A DNA stretch of 63,848 nt, counting the filler, from Octopus bimaculoides (Eukaryota), in the NCBI RefSeq assembly GCF_001194135.2. It is 10 parts of 9 records of this genome, joined end to end, with 100 filler letters (N's around TTAATTAATTAA, not from the genome) between each part and the next. Parts side by side here need not be neighbours in the genome. Positions count along the whole stretch, not along the records: positions 21,581 to 41,655 come from NC_068994.1; positions 41,756 to 48,275 come from NC_068987.1; positions 48,376 to 50,540 come from NC_068997.1; 7 more parts are not named here. One strand, written 5' to 3'. The translations under genes were made by a program, and so were the position numbers. The notes below the pieces were generated by a model that had not been told where the DNA came from, searched no databases, and was given only the letters and a program-made list of their open reading frames with translations. Below, piece after piece: positions 36,716 through 49,730 of this stretch (the stretch's first letter is position 1; each line of letters begins with the position of its first letter).

Positions 36716-39700
36716 TATATGTATATATATGTATGTGTGTGTATATGNNNNNNNNNNNNNNNNNNNNNNNNNNNNNNNNNNNNNNNNNNNNNNNNNNNNN
36801 NNNNNNNNNNNNNNNNNNNNNNNNNNNNNNNNNNNNNNNNNNNNNNNNNNNNNNNNNNNNNNNNNNNNNNNNNNNNNNNNNNNNNNNNNNNNNNNNNNNN
36901 NNNNNNNNNNNNNNNNNNNNNNNNNNNNNNNNNNNNNNNNNNNNNNNNNNNNNNNNNNNNNNNNNNNNNNNNNNNNNNNNNNNNNNNNNNNNNNNNNNNN
37001 NNNNNNNNNNNNNNNNNNNNNNNNNNNNNNNNNNNNNNNNNNNNNNNNNNNNNNNNNNNNNNNNNNNNNNNNNNNNNNNNNNNNNNNNNNNNNNNNNNNN
37101 NNNNNNNNNNNNNNNNNNNNNNNNNNNNNNNNNNNNNNNNNNNNNNNNNNNNNNNNNNNNNNNNNNNNNNNNNNNNNNNNNNNNNNNNNNNNNNNNNNNN
37201 NNNNNNNNNNNNNNNNNNNNNNNNNNNNNNNNNNNNNNNNNNNNNNNNNNNNNNNNNNNNNNNNNNNNNNNNNNNNNNNNNNNNNNNNNNNNNNNNNNNN
37301 NNNNNNNNNNNNNNNNNNNNNNNNNNNNNNNNNNNNNNNNNNNNNNNNNNNNNNNNNNNNNNNNNNNNNNNNNNNNNNNNNNNNNNNNNNNNNNNNNNNN
37401 NNNNNNNNNNNNNNNNNNNNNNNNNNNNNNNNNNNNNNNNNNNNNNNNNNNNNNNNNNNNNNNNNNNNNNNNNNNNNNNNNNNNNNNNNNNNNNNNNNNN
37501 NNNNNNNNNNNNNNNNNNNNNNNNNNNNNNNNNNNNNNNNNNNNNNNNNNNNNNNNNNNNNNNNNNNNNNNNNNNNNNNNNNNNNNNNNNNNNNNNNNNN
37601 NNNNNNNNNNNNNNNNNNNNNNNNNNNNATATATATATATATATACATACACACACACATAATTATACATGCATGCATCCGCTTGTCTGCCCGTCCATCC
37701 ATCTATCCATCCATATATCAGTGTGTATGTCTGTGTGTGTGCGCACGCGCGTGTGGACGTGTGTGCGCGCGTAAGTCTAATTATTCTATATTGCAAAAGC
37801 ATTCAGCACCGACCAAATCCGAAGACAGATACACAAACGCATATCAAGCACTCACGCATATATAGGTCGGTAATTGGTCAGAAGCGTAGGAACGGTGCTG
37901 CCAGTCGAATCTGCTTTGGTTTCTAGTATCATTCGTTTTGGTGTCTTTCCTGTAGATAGAATCTAATCAGATATTCATTTTTTGAGGTTAAAATCCCAAA
38001 TATCTAACCAGGAAATTTTTTATAAGTGTTTTTTTATTTAAAAAATAAGCAGAAAAAGAAAGAAGGAAAACATTAGAAAAGATACAGATTTCTTGACGGT
38101 AACCACAACAAGATGGATTACGTTTTTCAAGCCTGGATACCAAACTTTTCTTCGAGCAGTCTGTTTTGTAGACTACGCAAAATACTTCCTGGTGCTAATA
38201 GAAAACAAATGATGCTGTCTTCTTGAGATACAGCAAAGCTTTACACCGTGGAACTGTTGCACTGTTGCCAAACTTCAAAATGGCCACGAGAGCAGCCACT
38301 TGTATGTATTGATAATAATAATAATAATAATAATAATCAACAACAGCGGCATAATTATAATTATTACCATTTATCGTTGCTTGTTTATCCTCCACTTTCT
38401 CTATACCACTCTCTTTGTCTTTCTCTTTCATGCCTGTTGTTTGTCTGTCTAGCTCCCTTATCGGAACTAATCCAATATCTGTCAGTCTTCAAACAACGTT
38501 CTAGATGTGACCATGCCACTTTTTATTCAGGCTGTTATTCGTATCCAAGGTTTTATTATCTAATAATACGTGTCCTTCTTTTTTCTTTAGGCAGTAAGAA
38601 TGTGATTTAGGATAGATGTGACTGCTATTTCTAGCAGGACATATCAAACGACCACGTTGCATCGTTCCGCTCACTCTGCGACGATGGTGTGAGGTTAAAA
38701 AAACACAATGTCATACTTCTTTTAATTATTTATCTTTCTAATCCCTTTCTCACATTTCTAATTCTTCATATTTATGCAAAGAAGATTTAATATTCATTAA
38801 TTCTCTTCAGAAAGAAATTATCATTACAGAATATCATACCATTTTCTCCTCTCATTCAAACGCCCTTATTTTGATATCGTTTCAAACATTTAGAAACGAA
38901 AACAAATAAACACCTGTTTAGTTCCAGTCCAACTATGATTAAAGACATTCTAGCCGCAATATTCCCGTTTTTTTTTTTCCTTTTAAAATATATAGAATAT
39001 CTACGACTGCGTATTTCTACTATTTCTAAGCCTGTAGGGTGTCAATTGATGACGATTTGGTTGCTGTTTCTAACGAACTGATCGACCACATAGTGGTTTA
39101 TGTGTTTGCTCAACAAATAAACAATTTTAGGGGTTATTAGCGTTAGAATTTTAGACTCACGTAAGAATGGTATTTCTGATTTAATTGTATGTTTACATAT
39201 TTTTAATTTTAAACGTTGCCTTTTATTTATATTCTATTTTATTTGTTTTGATCGATCGTAAAAACGAGGTGGTTACATGAAAATGCGCCGTTGATGAATA
39301 TTTATTTTTTAACCGAATCCGTTTCATTGAAGTTACAAATTTTTCTTTGCTCCCGAAGAAAATGCATGAACGTCACAGCTTCTTATATCTCTTTTTCTCG
39401 AAAATCTTATTTTCCATGTTCCTCATAGAAAAATTTTGTGTGCGTGTGTATTCTTTCGGTTTTCTCTACAGAATTTGTTACTAAATCGAAAGTAAAACGA
39501 ACCACTAAAACTATTTCAAGACACGATATTACTTTCGATTTTAAGAGTAAAAGGCCATTTATGACATTTGTGGGTTTATTACATTATGAGCATTCATTCA
39601 TTTCTTGTAATTGTTATTGACCGATTCCAGCTTGGAGTCGGAATCAGCTGCTGGCTTATAAACACGGGACATACCGCACACTCACATTCCACTACGTTTA

Positions 39701-39725
39701 TACACATACATATACACACATACAT

Positions 39726-39774
<49 letters not shown>

Positions 39775-39899
39775 NNNNNNNNNNAATATTATCTAACTTG
39801 ATGATGATGTGTTTCAGATGATTCCTCTTCTTTTTTATTTTAAATTTCATTTTCATTTTATTTATGTATTTAGATAAAATAAACGTTTACGTGTTTTTT

Positions 39900-40048
39900 A
39901 AGGACATGAATGATTTACGATCTTCCTCTGTTTAGACGAGCTTTCCTACCTTTTCGGACAAAACCTTTTGTAGCCTTCGTCCTGTCTTTGTCCTTACATG
40001 TCTTTAATTGATATTAGCCTTTGTGGCCAATAAAACGAACGAATTATT
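39900..40048 (+). mobile_element. Isolated LINE 3' tail
   Basis: CTGTCTTTGTCCT...GCCTTTGTGGCCAATAAAA, similar to the tail at 47375-47428. Confidence 0.4.
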
Positions 40049-41050
40049 TCTTCTTCCTCTATGGGAGGGAGTATTGATTACCGTTACTCTTAGACCTATC
40101 TCGAAGGAATTAAATCCTGTACTTTAGAATAGGCCTTATATAGTATTATCACCACTCAAATTCCAGGATAGTTTCAGCTACCTTCAGTCGTGATAGTAAC
40201 ATCTATTTTAAAAGCATTTCATATGTTGCCGCCTATTTTCTTCTGTTACTTGTTTCATTTAATATACTGTTATTAAAATAATATATCTACATTGTAGTCG
40301 ACTCTATCATTTTGCGGAGATCTGTTATATAAACATTTTTGTAAATAGTTTCGTTAAAATTTTTAAATGTATACAAGAAATATTACTCGAATAATGGTGT
40401 GGTAGAACATGTAAAACCACACTGGACTATAAAATGTTCTAACTGTGCTTTAATTTCATCTGTCCAAGGGTTGGAGATCCGATATGTACGGAAGTTTATT
40501 CATTAGATTGTAATAAATGTTGCCTTATAACCTCTACGTGGTCGTTTGACCTGTAAGAAATGTCCCTCGAACTCTTAAAAAAAGGATGGAGGCTATTTGA
40601 AAAGAATAAATAGAAGACGGAATGGAATGCATATGCTAATACGTTTGACCAGGTCCGACTGACTTGAACTAAGTAAACAAAAACCTTCGGCCTTAAAAGA
40701 TATAAAACTACCCTATTCGATAATAATATGCGAACAAAATGACGGACGTTATTGTTTAACCCGTGGTCTGCCTACATTGAATAGACATGATCAAAAACAC
40801 TCCAGCAATGACTATCCCGCCCTTTGCTTTTCAACTATCGTGTATTTAATGCTGCATTATTTGATGCAGTTTTAGGTTTTAAAGACAATAGTACTTTAGG
40901 CAGCTGTTGTTCATGTGATTATGTAAAAGCTCTTTTGTTGGCTTGTTGTGGTGGTGTTGGTAGTGTTGGTTTGAATGCTGGCTTTGATAGTGTGTCTGAT
41001 GGTCGTATTTTTAGTATTCGTATAATAATGCTGTACTACTACAACATGTT

Positions 41051-41238
41051 GAGAGCGCTTGACCTAGTGGTTAGGGTGTTGCACTCACGATCTCGAGATC
41101 GCGGGTTCGATTCCTGAACAGCGTGGTGCGTTGTGTTCATGAACAAAACACTTCATCTCACGCTGCTCTGCGATCACTTCGATATCTGATGCATGGTACA
41201 TCGTACACCTGTACAGGTAATGTTGATTTGAGGGAGTG
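41051..41238 (+). mobile_element. tRNA-derived SINE (head related to family B)
   Basis: A box TGACCTAGTGG and B box GGGTTCGATTCC, followed by GTTGTGTTCATGAACAAAACAC. Confidence 0.75.
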
Positions 41239-41612
41239 ATGGTGGTGGTGGTGTTGTTGTTATTGGTGTCTATGTATGTGGGTGGGAGAAGCTTAATGTT
41301 CAGCATGAACATTTGATACCTATAAACAAATGAACTGTGCAGGTTTTAGAGTGAGTTAGAAATTGCAAAACCGTCCTACTTACCATACTACACAAAATAG
41401 GTTTCTGAGTTTAGTTTTAAATAAATTTCTGCAGTTAAGAAATCATAGTTTGTTTTTTAGTATTTTCCCCAGGAAAATGTGTATTATTTTGCTTTATATT
41501 TTAAAATTAGTCTGATGGGGGCGAGCAAGACCAAACTTCGAAGTCACTGTCTACTTTTTCCTGGTCAAAAGTTAACATACATGTATATGTACGTGTATTT
41601 GTATGTGCACGA

Positions 41613-41655
<43 letters not shown>

Positions 41656-41755
41656 NNNNNNNNNNNNNNNNNNNNNNNNNNNNNNNNNNNNNNNNNNNNT
41701 TAATTAATTAANNNNNNNNNNNNNNNNNNNNNNNNNNNNNNNNNNNNNNNNNNNN

Positions 41756-41801
<46 letters not shown>

Positions 41802-42070
41802 CTGCAATTTCTAAAGAATACAGTCATGTAAATCATTAAGAATATAAGGCTATTTGTAACTCGTGTGCTTTTTTTTTTTTATTTCCTCATTTAGTGCTCA
41901 TTCACCCGTCTTATGTTATCGAGTCTCAAACCATATACCAGCCCGGTACTACATAATACCTGATCTGGGGCGAAATAGCAACCAACCTTATCTCACCAAT
42001 TACTTCTTATTTTTTTATCTCATTTACAATCGGCCACTCATAGTCTCATACTTCACAACCATACTTTATA

Positions 42071-42244
42071 TACATTATTTAACATTATTTACATTATTTA
42101 CATTCGACGGATATTTGTCCTCATCTTGTTTGTTGTTAACACAACGTTTCGGCTGATATACCCTCCATTCTTCTTCAGGTGTCTTGGGGAAATTTCGAAC
42201 CTGGGTTCTCATTCCTAAGGTATATTTCGATGTTATTGTTGTTG

Positions 42245-42306
<62 letters not shown>

Positions 42307-42491
42307 GTTCAGGTCACTGCTTGGAATCAAACTCAGAATCTTGGGGTTTAGTAGGCCGCGTTCTTAACCACTACGCCATATGCCCACGGGCATATGGCGT
42401 AGTGGTTAACAACAAGATGAGGACAAATATCCGTCGAATGTAAATAATGTAAATAATGTACATAATTCCTCATCTCTTAAATATAGAACTG
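42071..42491. mobile_element. Palindromic tRNA-head + (AAT)n + hammerhead non-autonomous Penelope-type element
   Basis: Left arm (minus): tRNA-like head 42310-42385, (AAT/AAC)n 42233-42309, hammerhead 42138-42183, tail to ~42071. Perfect 22-bp central hairpin at 42364-42409. The right arm is internally deleted and resumes in the tail at 42410-42491. Confidence 0.75.
42138..42183 (-). ncRNA. Minimal type I hammerhead ribozyme candidate
   Basis: GACAC / CUGAAGA / A / stem II (partly decayed, 3' strand CAGCC) / GAAA / palindromic ACGU / GUU cleavage / GUGUU; stem I is 5 bp. Confidence 0.6.
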
Positions 42492-42517
42492 CATACTATA
42501 TATGTTCCTTATTATTA

Positions 42518-42648
<131 letters not shown>

Positions 42649-43149
42649 CATTTCGTCCATCGTTCTGAGTTTAAATTCCGCTTAAATCGACTTTGGCTTT
42701 CATCCTTTCGGGTTAATAAAATGAAGTATCAGTCAAATATTGTAATCGTTGTAATCGACTTCCATCTGTCCTTAAAAAATTGCTAGCCTTGCATCAGAAT
42801 TAGGAAGAACTATTGTCGTTGCTGTTGTTATAAATCTGGTAGAATTACAGAAATCACAAAGTAGTATTGTGGCAGACAAATTTCCAAACAGAATTTAGTT
42901 AAACCCTTCTCCATTTTCGAGTAACAATTCTGCAGAAGTGAAATTTGTGCTTCTCTATTCTGAAGTTGATAAACTATGTATCAGTTATATTCAAAGGTGC
43001 ATCGATCTTTTCTATTTGTTATTTACATAAGTGATACCTTGTGTCAATATGAAAAAAACCTTTATTGAAGTGTAAATCTATTGGAATCAAGAAATATAAT
43101 TAAATTAGTTTGCAGTAACTCGGTTAATGGAAAAGATAAAGCAGTTTTA

Positions 43150-44900
43150 GTCCTTAGGCTTATTTAGTGCTTGGAGCCTATTGCCCCAGAACCTGCGAAG
43201 GTAAAATTTAAGAGTTGAGTCTTTTATTCAAATTTTGTTCGCTACTCTTATTAACTTGTCAACAAACTTCACTACTTCCACTTCTACCCAAGTCGAAGAC
43301 TAATTCTTCAAGTAGTCTTCCACTTGGATGAAATAGTTTTGAAAATCCAGAGAACTGGATGGTGAGAGAAAGCTATTTGCACAGTCCTCCAGATTATTTA
43401 TTCCCTCACGGTCACAAGACGATATATAACTACCCGTTCTACCTTCTCAAAGGAAGGTGGTGGGGTGATCTTCATGACAGACCTGTCTGCTAAGTAGGAT
43501 CTGATCTATGAATGCCAACAACTGCGAGATATATCTCCAGAAATCAGCAACGTTTGGACATAGAAGTGCCTGGAGGATATTTCATTGCCTTCCCGAAACA
43601 AGTCCAGCTGAGGTAACAACCGAATATCTTCAGATTTTATCTCAAACTAGCAATTTCGCTCAATAGCACTTTAATTGTCAGGCTTGCAATCGAGTTCAAA
43701 ACTCAATCCAAGATTAACTTGCCTAAAAGACACGCTACGGAAAGACGTGTTTCTTTCCAGGAGACAGATGAAGAAACTTTTCTGTCATTACAACCACAAT
43801 GCATGAGCGTACATCATTAACCACGTCTTCCTATGTCCTCCACATGGGTTGGTCACTCCTTTTCTGCTGCGATAGACATCTTACAAGACCATATCTGGCA
43901 GACTACAATTGCAGCAACTTGTCTCTCGCAGAACTAAAGTGTACACCGTATCTCAGATGTCGTTGTAGTCTAACAAGGTAAGCACTGCCCATCTCTTCTA
44001 GCGCAAGGTAAGATTTGGCTGGAAATCCGCACATATCTGCCTGGAATCGGATACCTGACGTCCATCGTAATGCGTCAAATTGTTCTGTTTGGCTTTTTAC
44101 AGTTTTTATTTCGTCCTGCCCATGACCACGCATTTTAGCTCGGACAATGTAATCTTTGTATTTTGGCGCCGAACAAACTTCTAAAGGATATGCTATAACC
44201 ACCTACTCTTTCAATATACAATTTTTCCTCGACACATTCTTGTTAAGATTATTGACTTATATCTTTCTCTTTAAGAAGACATGTCACTATTTGTTGGCCA
44301 CTGATTCCGTCAATTCCCATTTAACCGTGAAATGTTCCTTATTTTAGTTTCCCAAGCAAATCACAGACTTTTGCTCTAGATAGTCAACTACCTTGTAGTA
44401 TGAACATTTTATGCTATCTTTATCTCAATGCAGACCATCCGAGTGAAAAATTTCTTGTTGAGGAACAGTAAATGCACATCTCAAACTGATCTGGCTGACA
44501 GTTACAACATCTACATGAGGAGATGGGGCTGGTAATCTTTAGATTGTTAATCAAATATTCGTTATTTCCAACCGACTCTAGATCACGTGGAGTTACGTAA
44601 CCTTTTAATATGGCCACGTACGCGTAGAAAGTGGATAGGGTTTCTTACTTAAGGAGAAAAGTATCCGAGCAATAATGTTCTTAAGGGTTCCCAAAACGTC
44701 TCTGGAATACTTCTTTTGGAACGTTTCTCGTAAATCTCTGTAGACTTTAGGTGCGATCCCCATCAGAACCCTAACATAGTGGTAGTGGTGATCACCCAAA
44801 TTCTTTGTTTGTTTGTATTTTTTGTGTACTTGCAACTATAATAGACTCAAACATTGGTACGAAGCTAGAAACTCTTGTTGGGAGGTGACAATCAATAAAA
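43150..44900 (-). pseudogene. Heavily decayed L1/Tx1-like ORF2 (RT to C-terminal region)
   Basis: Residual frames: LLCPNVADFWRYISQLL, SVMKITPPPSFEK...LVTVRE.IIWRT (C-terminal Cys-rich region) and a weak PLSTFYAYVAI (RT LSPLLY-like). Many stops. Confidence 0.5.
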
Positions 44901-45102
44901 TCGATTCCAATATGTGATTGGTAATTTATCTTATCGATTCGGAACGACAAAAGAGAAGTAACTAAGTACCGCACAATACAATAGTAGTAACGATACGAAC
45001 ACACACACAGGAAAATAAGTTTGGCGGGATCGATATAATCGACAGTGAGTTCTCTCAAAATTAGTGTCTGTGAGTGAAAGTGAGAAAATTATTATTAGGC
45101 AA

Positions 45103-45305
45103 ATTAGCAGAATCGTTATCGCGTCTGAGAGAATGCTTCGCAGCATTTCTTCCGGCTCTTTACAGTCTGAGTTCAAATTCCGCCGAGGCCGACTTTGCCT
45201 TTCAATAAAAGGCAAAATAAGTACCAGTTGAGCACTGGGGAATCGATGTAATCGAGTAGCTTCCTTCCCCAAAATGTCTGGCCTTGTGCTCATAGTAGAA
45301 AAGAG
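45103..45305 (+). mobile_element. SINE family C
   Basis: GAGTTCAAATTCCGCCGAGGCCGACTTTGCCTTTCA...AAGTACCAGTTGAGCACTGGGG. A partial copy also lies at 42655-42790. Confidence 0.8.
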
Positions 45306-45789
45306 TGTTATTGGTGTTGTTTTATTATTATAACTGTTGTTTTTATTGCGCCAGATGAGGACTGGGGACGATGCAATTGACTTAAAGCCCCACATGAAAT
45401 TGTTGGCCTGGTGTCAAAATTTGAGACCATTGTTGTTGTTGTTGCTGTCGTCGTCATCGCCGTCATCACAGTTTGTCGGGAATGTCTTCTCACAGCTTGT
45501 CTCTTTAATAGAGCTGCATTTATCATTAAACGGTAATTAGTCTTACACTGTATAGTATACATTAACCTTGTAAGTTAGAATTATTGTTCGTCAGCCAAAC
45601 ATGCAAGTTTTGCACATCAACTAAAAGCTATGGTAAATATTATTTCCCGTGACATCCATTAGCTATTAATATTTGCATTCCCTTGAATTCATTATGTGCA
45701 ATCAAGATTTTGGTCAGTTAACACGCATATAATAAATATCTTACAAATCACTTGAAAAGTCAACCAGTTTCAGCAGGTAGTTACGCTGC

Positions 45790-47428
45790 AGTAACTGGGA
45801 AAAGTCTAACCGCAGATATCCTGCAAGGGAGAAATTCGACTGGACGACAAGAATTTCAAGAACTACAACAAATTGTTAAGAAAGGAAGGAGGCAGCCTGA
45901 GGTTGACGCCGCCTAAGGAAATTACTGAAAGATCTGAAAAGAGAGCTGTAATATACAGAACGCTGTTCCTTGCTCCAAAAAGAGTGAAAATAGCTGCAGT
46001 AGAGGCAGTCGAGGACTGCTTGAAAGAGATCAAAAGTCTAACGACATACAATACCAGAAGGAAGAAATATGGCACAGTGAAGGTACGCTTCGCGAGTGAA
46101 CAAGAAGCGATAAAACACACCATTGTGCCTTTGAGATCAACTGAGTGGGTACTACTACCAAGACGTGTAGCCAGGGTTAGGATTGGTAGAGTGCCCCCAG
46201 GAATTGAAGAGGCGTGGCTGGTGGCAGCCATCCTCTATAATACAAAGAAGGACACCAAAATACTGAAAATCACAAGAACGCGGAGGTAAACTGTGGGGAT
46301 ACAGCATCGAGGTGTCGGTTCACATTAGCTTACCAGACCTCCACAAAATCGCTGAGGAAATGGTGTTGCCGGATGAGACGAAGCTGAGAGTTGTGGTGGA
46401 GGGAAGACCTATTTGCTTTCAATGTGGAGTACGGGGACACATAAAAGCTAAATTCCCCAGAAACACGAAGAGGAGGAGATAGAGAAAGAACAAGAAGGAG
46501 TTTCAACCGTAGGGGAGCAAAGTGTGGAAGAAAAGTAAACAGTAGTGAAGAGAAAAAAGAGTAACATGGACTCTCCACCAAAAAGTCCTAGGAAGAAAAA
46601 AAGGGAAGTGGAGATAAGACGCAGAGTGTGAAACAAGGGAAAGCGAACGAGCAGAGAAAAAATGAAAGGCCTACAAAAGTAAGTGACAAAGTCGAAGAGC
46701 GTAAACAGGAACCGTTAACAACAACCAGCAAGGAGGGGAAAGTACAGAAGAAAAAGGAAGATGAAAGAGAAAGGATAACAACAAAGAATGAGAGACATAC
46801 AGAGATAAGAATACCAGCAACAGTAGAAGAGATTGGTGAAGACAAACGGACAGTGATACCGAAAGGTAAACACTTAAGAAATATGATACAATACACAAAA
46901 AGTGTAGAGATAGAAAAAAGATAGCGAAAATGAAAAACGTAGTCAGAGTTAAATTGTCACCCGAGAACAATGTAGGTTTGAAAGCTGTTCTGTTGGAAAG
47001 AGAGGGGGGAGAACGGTTAAAAGAATTGTTTGGTGAAAAGTTAGAAGTGACACCGGTACAGTTTCGTTTTGATGAATTGCCGCCGGTGGTGGCATTCGAA
47101 AATATAACGAGATATTTGGCGTAAATGATGGTAAGTGAGGAAATTAAGAACTGAATAATTAATGACTTCGTGTAATTTTTTTAAAAAAACAGGGGGAAAA
47201 CCAACAGATACAAGTAAAATTTTATATGACTGTTAGTAAAATGTCATATAAAAACAGTAAAATGAAACTACCTGATTATGGGGTGGGGCAGATAAGCCAT
47301 TCCATCCTCATTTTTCATTGTATCCATAATTTCATACGATATGTGTTTTTATGTATCCCCATTGTATTGTTTTGTCTGTTTTTGTGCTGTCCCATCTTTA
47401 TAGCGGCCTTGTGCCTAATAAAATAAAT
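45790..47428 (+). mobile_element. Apparently ORF1-only LINE derivative: gag-like ORF1 with zinc knuckle, then 3' tail
   Basis: Frameshifted ORF 45873-47124: RRM-like VKVRFASEQEA, VVVEGRPICFQCGVRGH (last Cys now Phe), a charged region and a short C-terminal block. The tail ends AATAAAATAAA at 47417-47427. No APE or RT motif. Confidence 0.65.
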
Positions 47429-47586
47429 CAGGACGTTGGTGTTGCTTTGACGGAAGGTTGTGTCACGGGAGGTTTGAGTTGTTTCTTGTCATGTTAGATA
47501 TGGGTCATGGTGTTGAATATTTGTTTGATTGATTGTTGTTGTTCAAATTGTTGCTGGTGTTATTTTGAATTGTTGTTTTTCCCATT

Positions 47587-48275
47587 GTGGGAAAAATAGA
47601 GAGAGCGCCAGCAGGTGGCCACAGTTGTGCGGCTGCAACTGGAAAGGGAATGGAGGTGGAAGCGCTGGAGGTGCGAGAAATGTGGGTTGAACCTCGAAAA
47701 ATGAAGAAATGCAAGAATTTGCAGGAAGGAGACAGAAATACACTGAAATTGGCGCCGCCTGTGAAACTAACAACCGGTGTAATGAAAGGAACGGTTATGT
47801 GTAGGACAATTAAGATAGCAGCGGAGAGAATAGAAGCGGCGACAGTGGGGGCTATTGAGGAATGTTTGAGGAGTGTAAAGGGACTAACCACATTTATAGC
47901 AAGAGGGATCAGGTGCGTTTTGCATCGGAGGAGGAGGCAACTGAGCACTCCACGGAGGTAGTAGGATCGGACGAGTGGATACTTTTGCCGTCGAACTGTG
48001 GTAAACGTGTGGCTGGGGTGCCCCTAGAGCTGAAAGAAGCATGGCTGATGACAGCCATAATGTATGACATGAATGAGGAGGCCAAGATACTGAAGGCCAC
48101 AAAAACCCAAAGAGTTAACTACTGGAGATATGGAATAGAGTTACGCGTTCAAGCGACAGTAGAAGACCTAAACAGAATTGTCGAAGAGATAGTGCTGCCC
48201 GGTGACGTAAGATTGATAGTAGTGGTGGAAGGCAGGCCACCTATATGTTATACATGTGGGGAAAAGGGCCACATG
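47587..48275 (+). pseudogene. Second, diverged gag-like ORF1 with zinc knuckle (cut by gap)
   Basis: QVRFASEEEA...EAWLMTAIMY...VVVEGRPPICYTCGEKGH aligns collinearly with copy 1 at roughly 40% amino-acid identity by eye. Confidence 0.75.
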
Positions 48276-48414
48276 NNNNNNNNNNNNNNNNNNNNNNNNN
48301 NNNNNNNNNNNNNNNNNNNTTAATTAATTAANNNNNNNNNNNNNNNNNNNNNNNNNNNNNNNNNNNNNNNNNNNNATATATATATATATATATATAGCGG
48401 TGAATAAACTATCG

Positions 48415-49224
48415 TATACATTAGGCAAAAATGAAAATAACACTGACATCTCATTTTAACAGAAATATTTACCAAAATTACAAAAAAATGTCTTGTAATA
48501 ATAAAGAGTAAGTTTATTCAATAAAATCATCATTTGCTTCAACCACGACCTCCAGAAGATTTTGTAAGCTCCTGCAACTCATCTGGATGGTCTCCCTGTT
48601 TAAGTTAGTGAATGATGCCATAATCCATGCCTGCAGTTCATCTTTGGTGTTACAACAAGTGTTACAAGAAGATATCTCGCTCAGCTGCACCCCACACATA
48701 ATAATGAAGGGAGTTACAGTCTGGGGAGTTAGGTGGCCAGATGTTAGGGGTGATGTGGTCGCAGAAATTGTCTGAGAGCCATGACTGAGTTCTACTGCTT
48801 GTGTTGCCAGACATAGGGTCTTCCAGCATCCACCCTCTTGGTCCAGGGCAGCGCCACCTCCTTTAGGCATTTGATGTTAGCCTCCATGTTGAGTCTGAGG
48901 CCGTGTGGGAAGATGAATAGAGGGAGAACGTCGCCATCACTTGTGATAATTCCAAACACCATGATGTTAACTGGATGCTTGATGTTTATCACTCCTCCCG
49001 GTAGATGTCCTCAGATTGCACTCTCATCGGATTGACACACAAACACTCTGAAGTATTCGTATTGGAGCTTCCGGTGCGCATACCAATCAGTACAGCATGT
49101 TGTTTCCAAATTTCTGGCACAGGCAGTGCCCAACGTAGCCCACTATAATGTATAATCGACAGAATCAAAAAGAAACAATGTGCATGCGCAAAATTAAAAA
49201 TGTGAAATGGCGACAATTTACACG

Positions 49225-49230
<6 letters not shown>
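48415..49230 (-). mobile_element. Internally deleted Tc1/mariner (maT-like) element
   Basis: N-terminus LPEIWKQHAVLIGMRTGSS joins directly to the catalytic segment KHPVNIMVFGIITSDGDV...RPYVWQ and the C-terminus ...LEVVVEANDDFIE*. Confidence 0.8.
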
Positions 49231-49267
<37 letters not shown>

Positions 49268-49683
49268 TGTAAACGTTTACATATGAGCGTTACAGAGAGA
49301 TGGTGAAGTAAGTCAACATACAGATAGATAGATTGAGAGACAGACACACACAAGCAGATAGATATAAAAGCGGGAAAGATGAAAGAGTGGTAGACAGATA
49401 GAAGACATTTAGAAAGAAAGGTAATTTCAGGTGTGGCTTTATAGATAAGTGGTTTTGTTTTGCATCCATCTATAATTTTGTTCAGTATGAGTGTGACTCA
49501 TAATGAGCAGTTATCTGTACTTTACTCTTCGTTCAACCATTGCTTCGTGAGTACATATTGTGCGTTTGGGCATATATATACGCGCACGCGCGCACACATA
49601 CACACACACACACACACGCACACACACACACACACACAGGCAAACACACTCGTAAACACACACGGAAACACTCACACGTGTAT

Positions 49684-49730
<47 letters not shown>

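Noticed and set aside
42310-42385. Possible tRNA gene
   Set aside because: Mismatched stems and an altered B box, and it is fused to a repeat body; treated as a tRNA-derived head. The same applies to the heads at 7892, 41051 and 50650.
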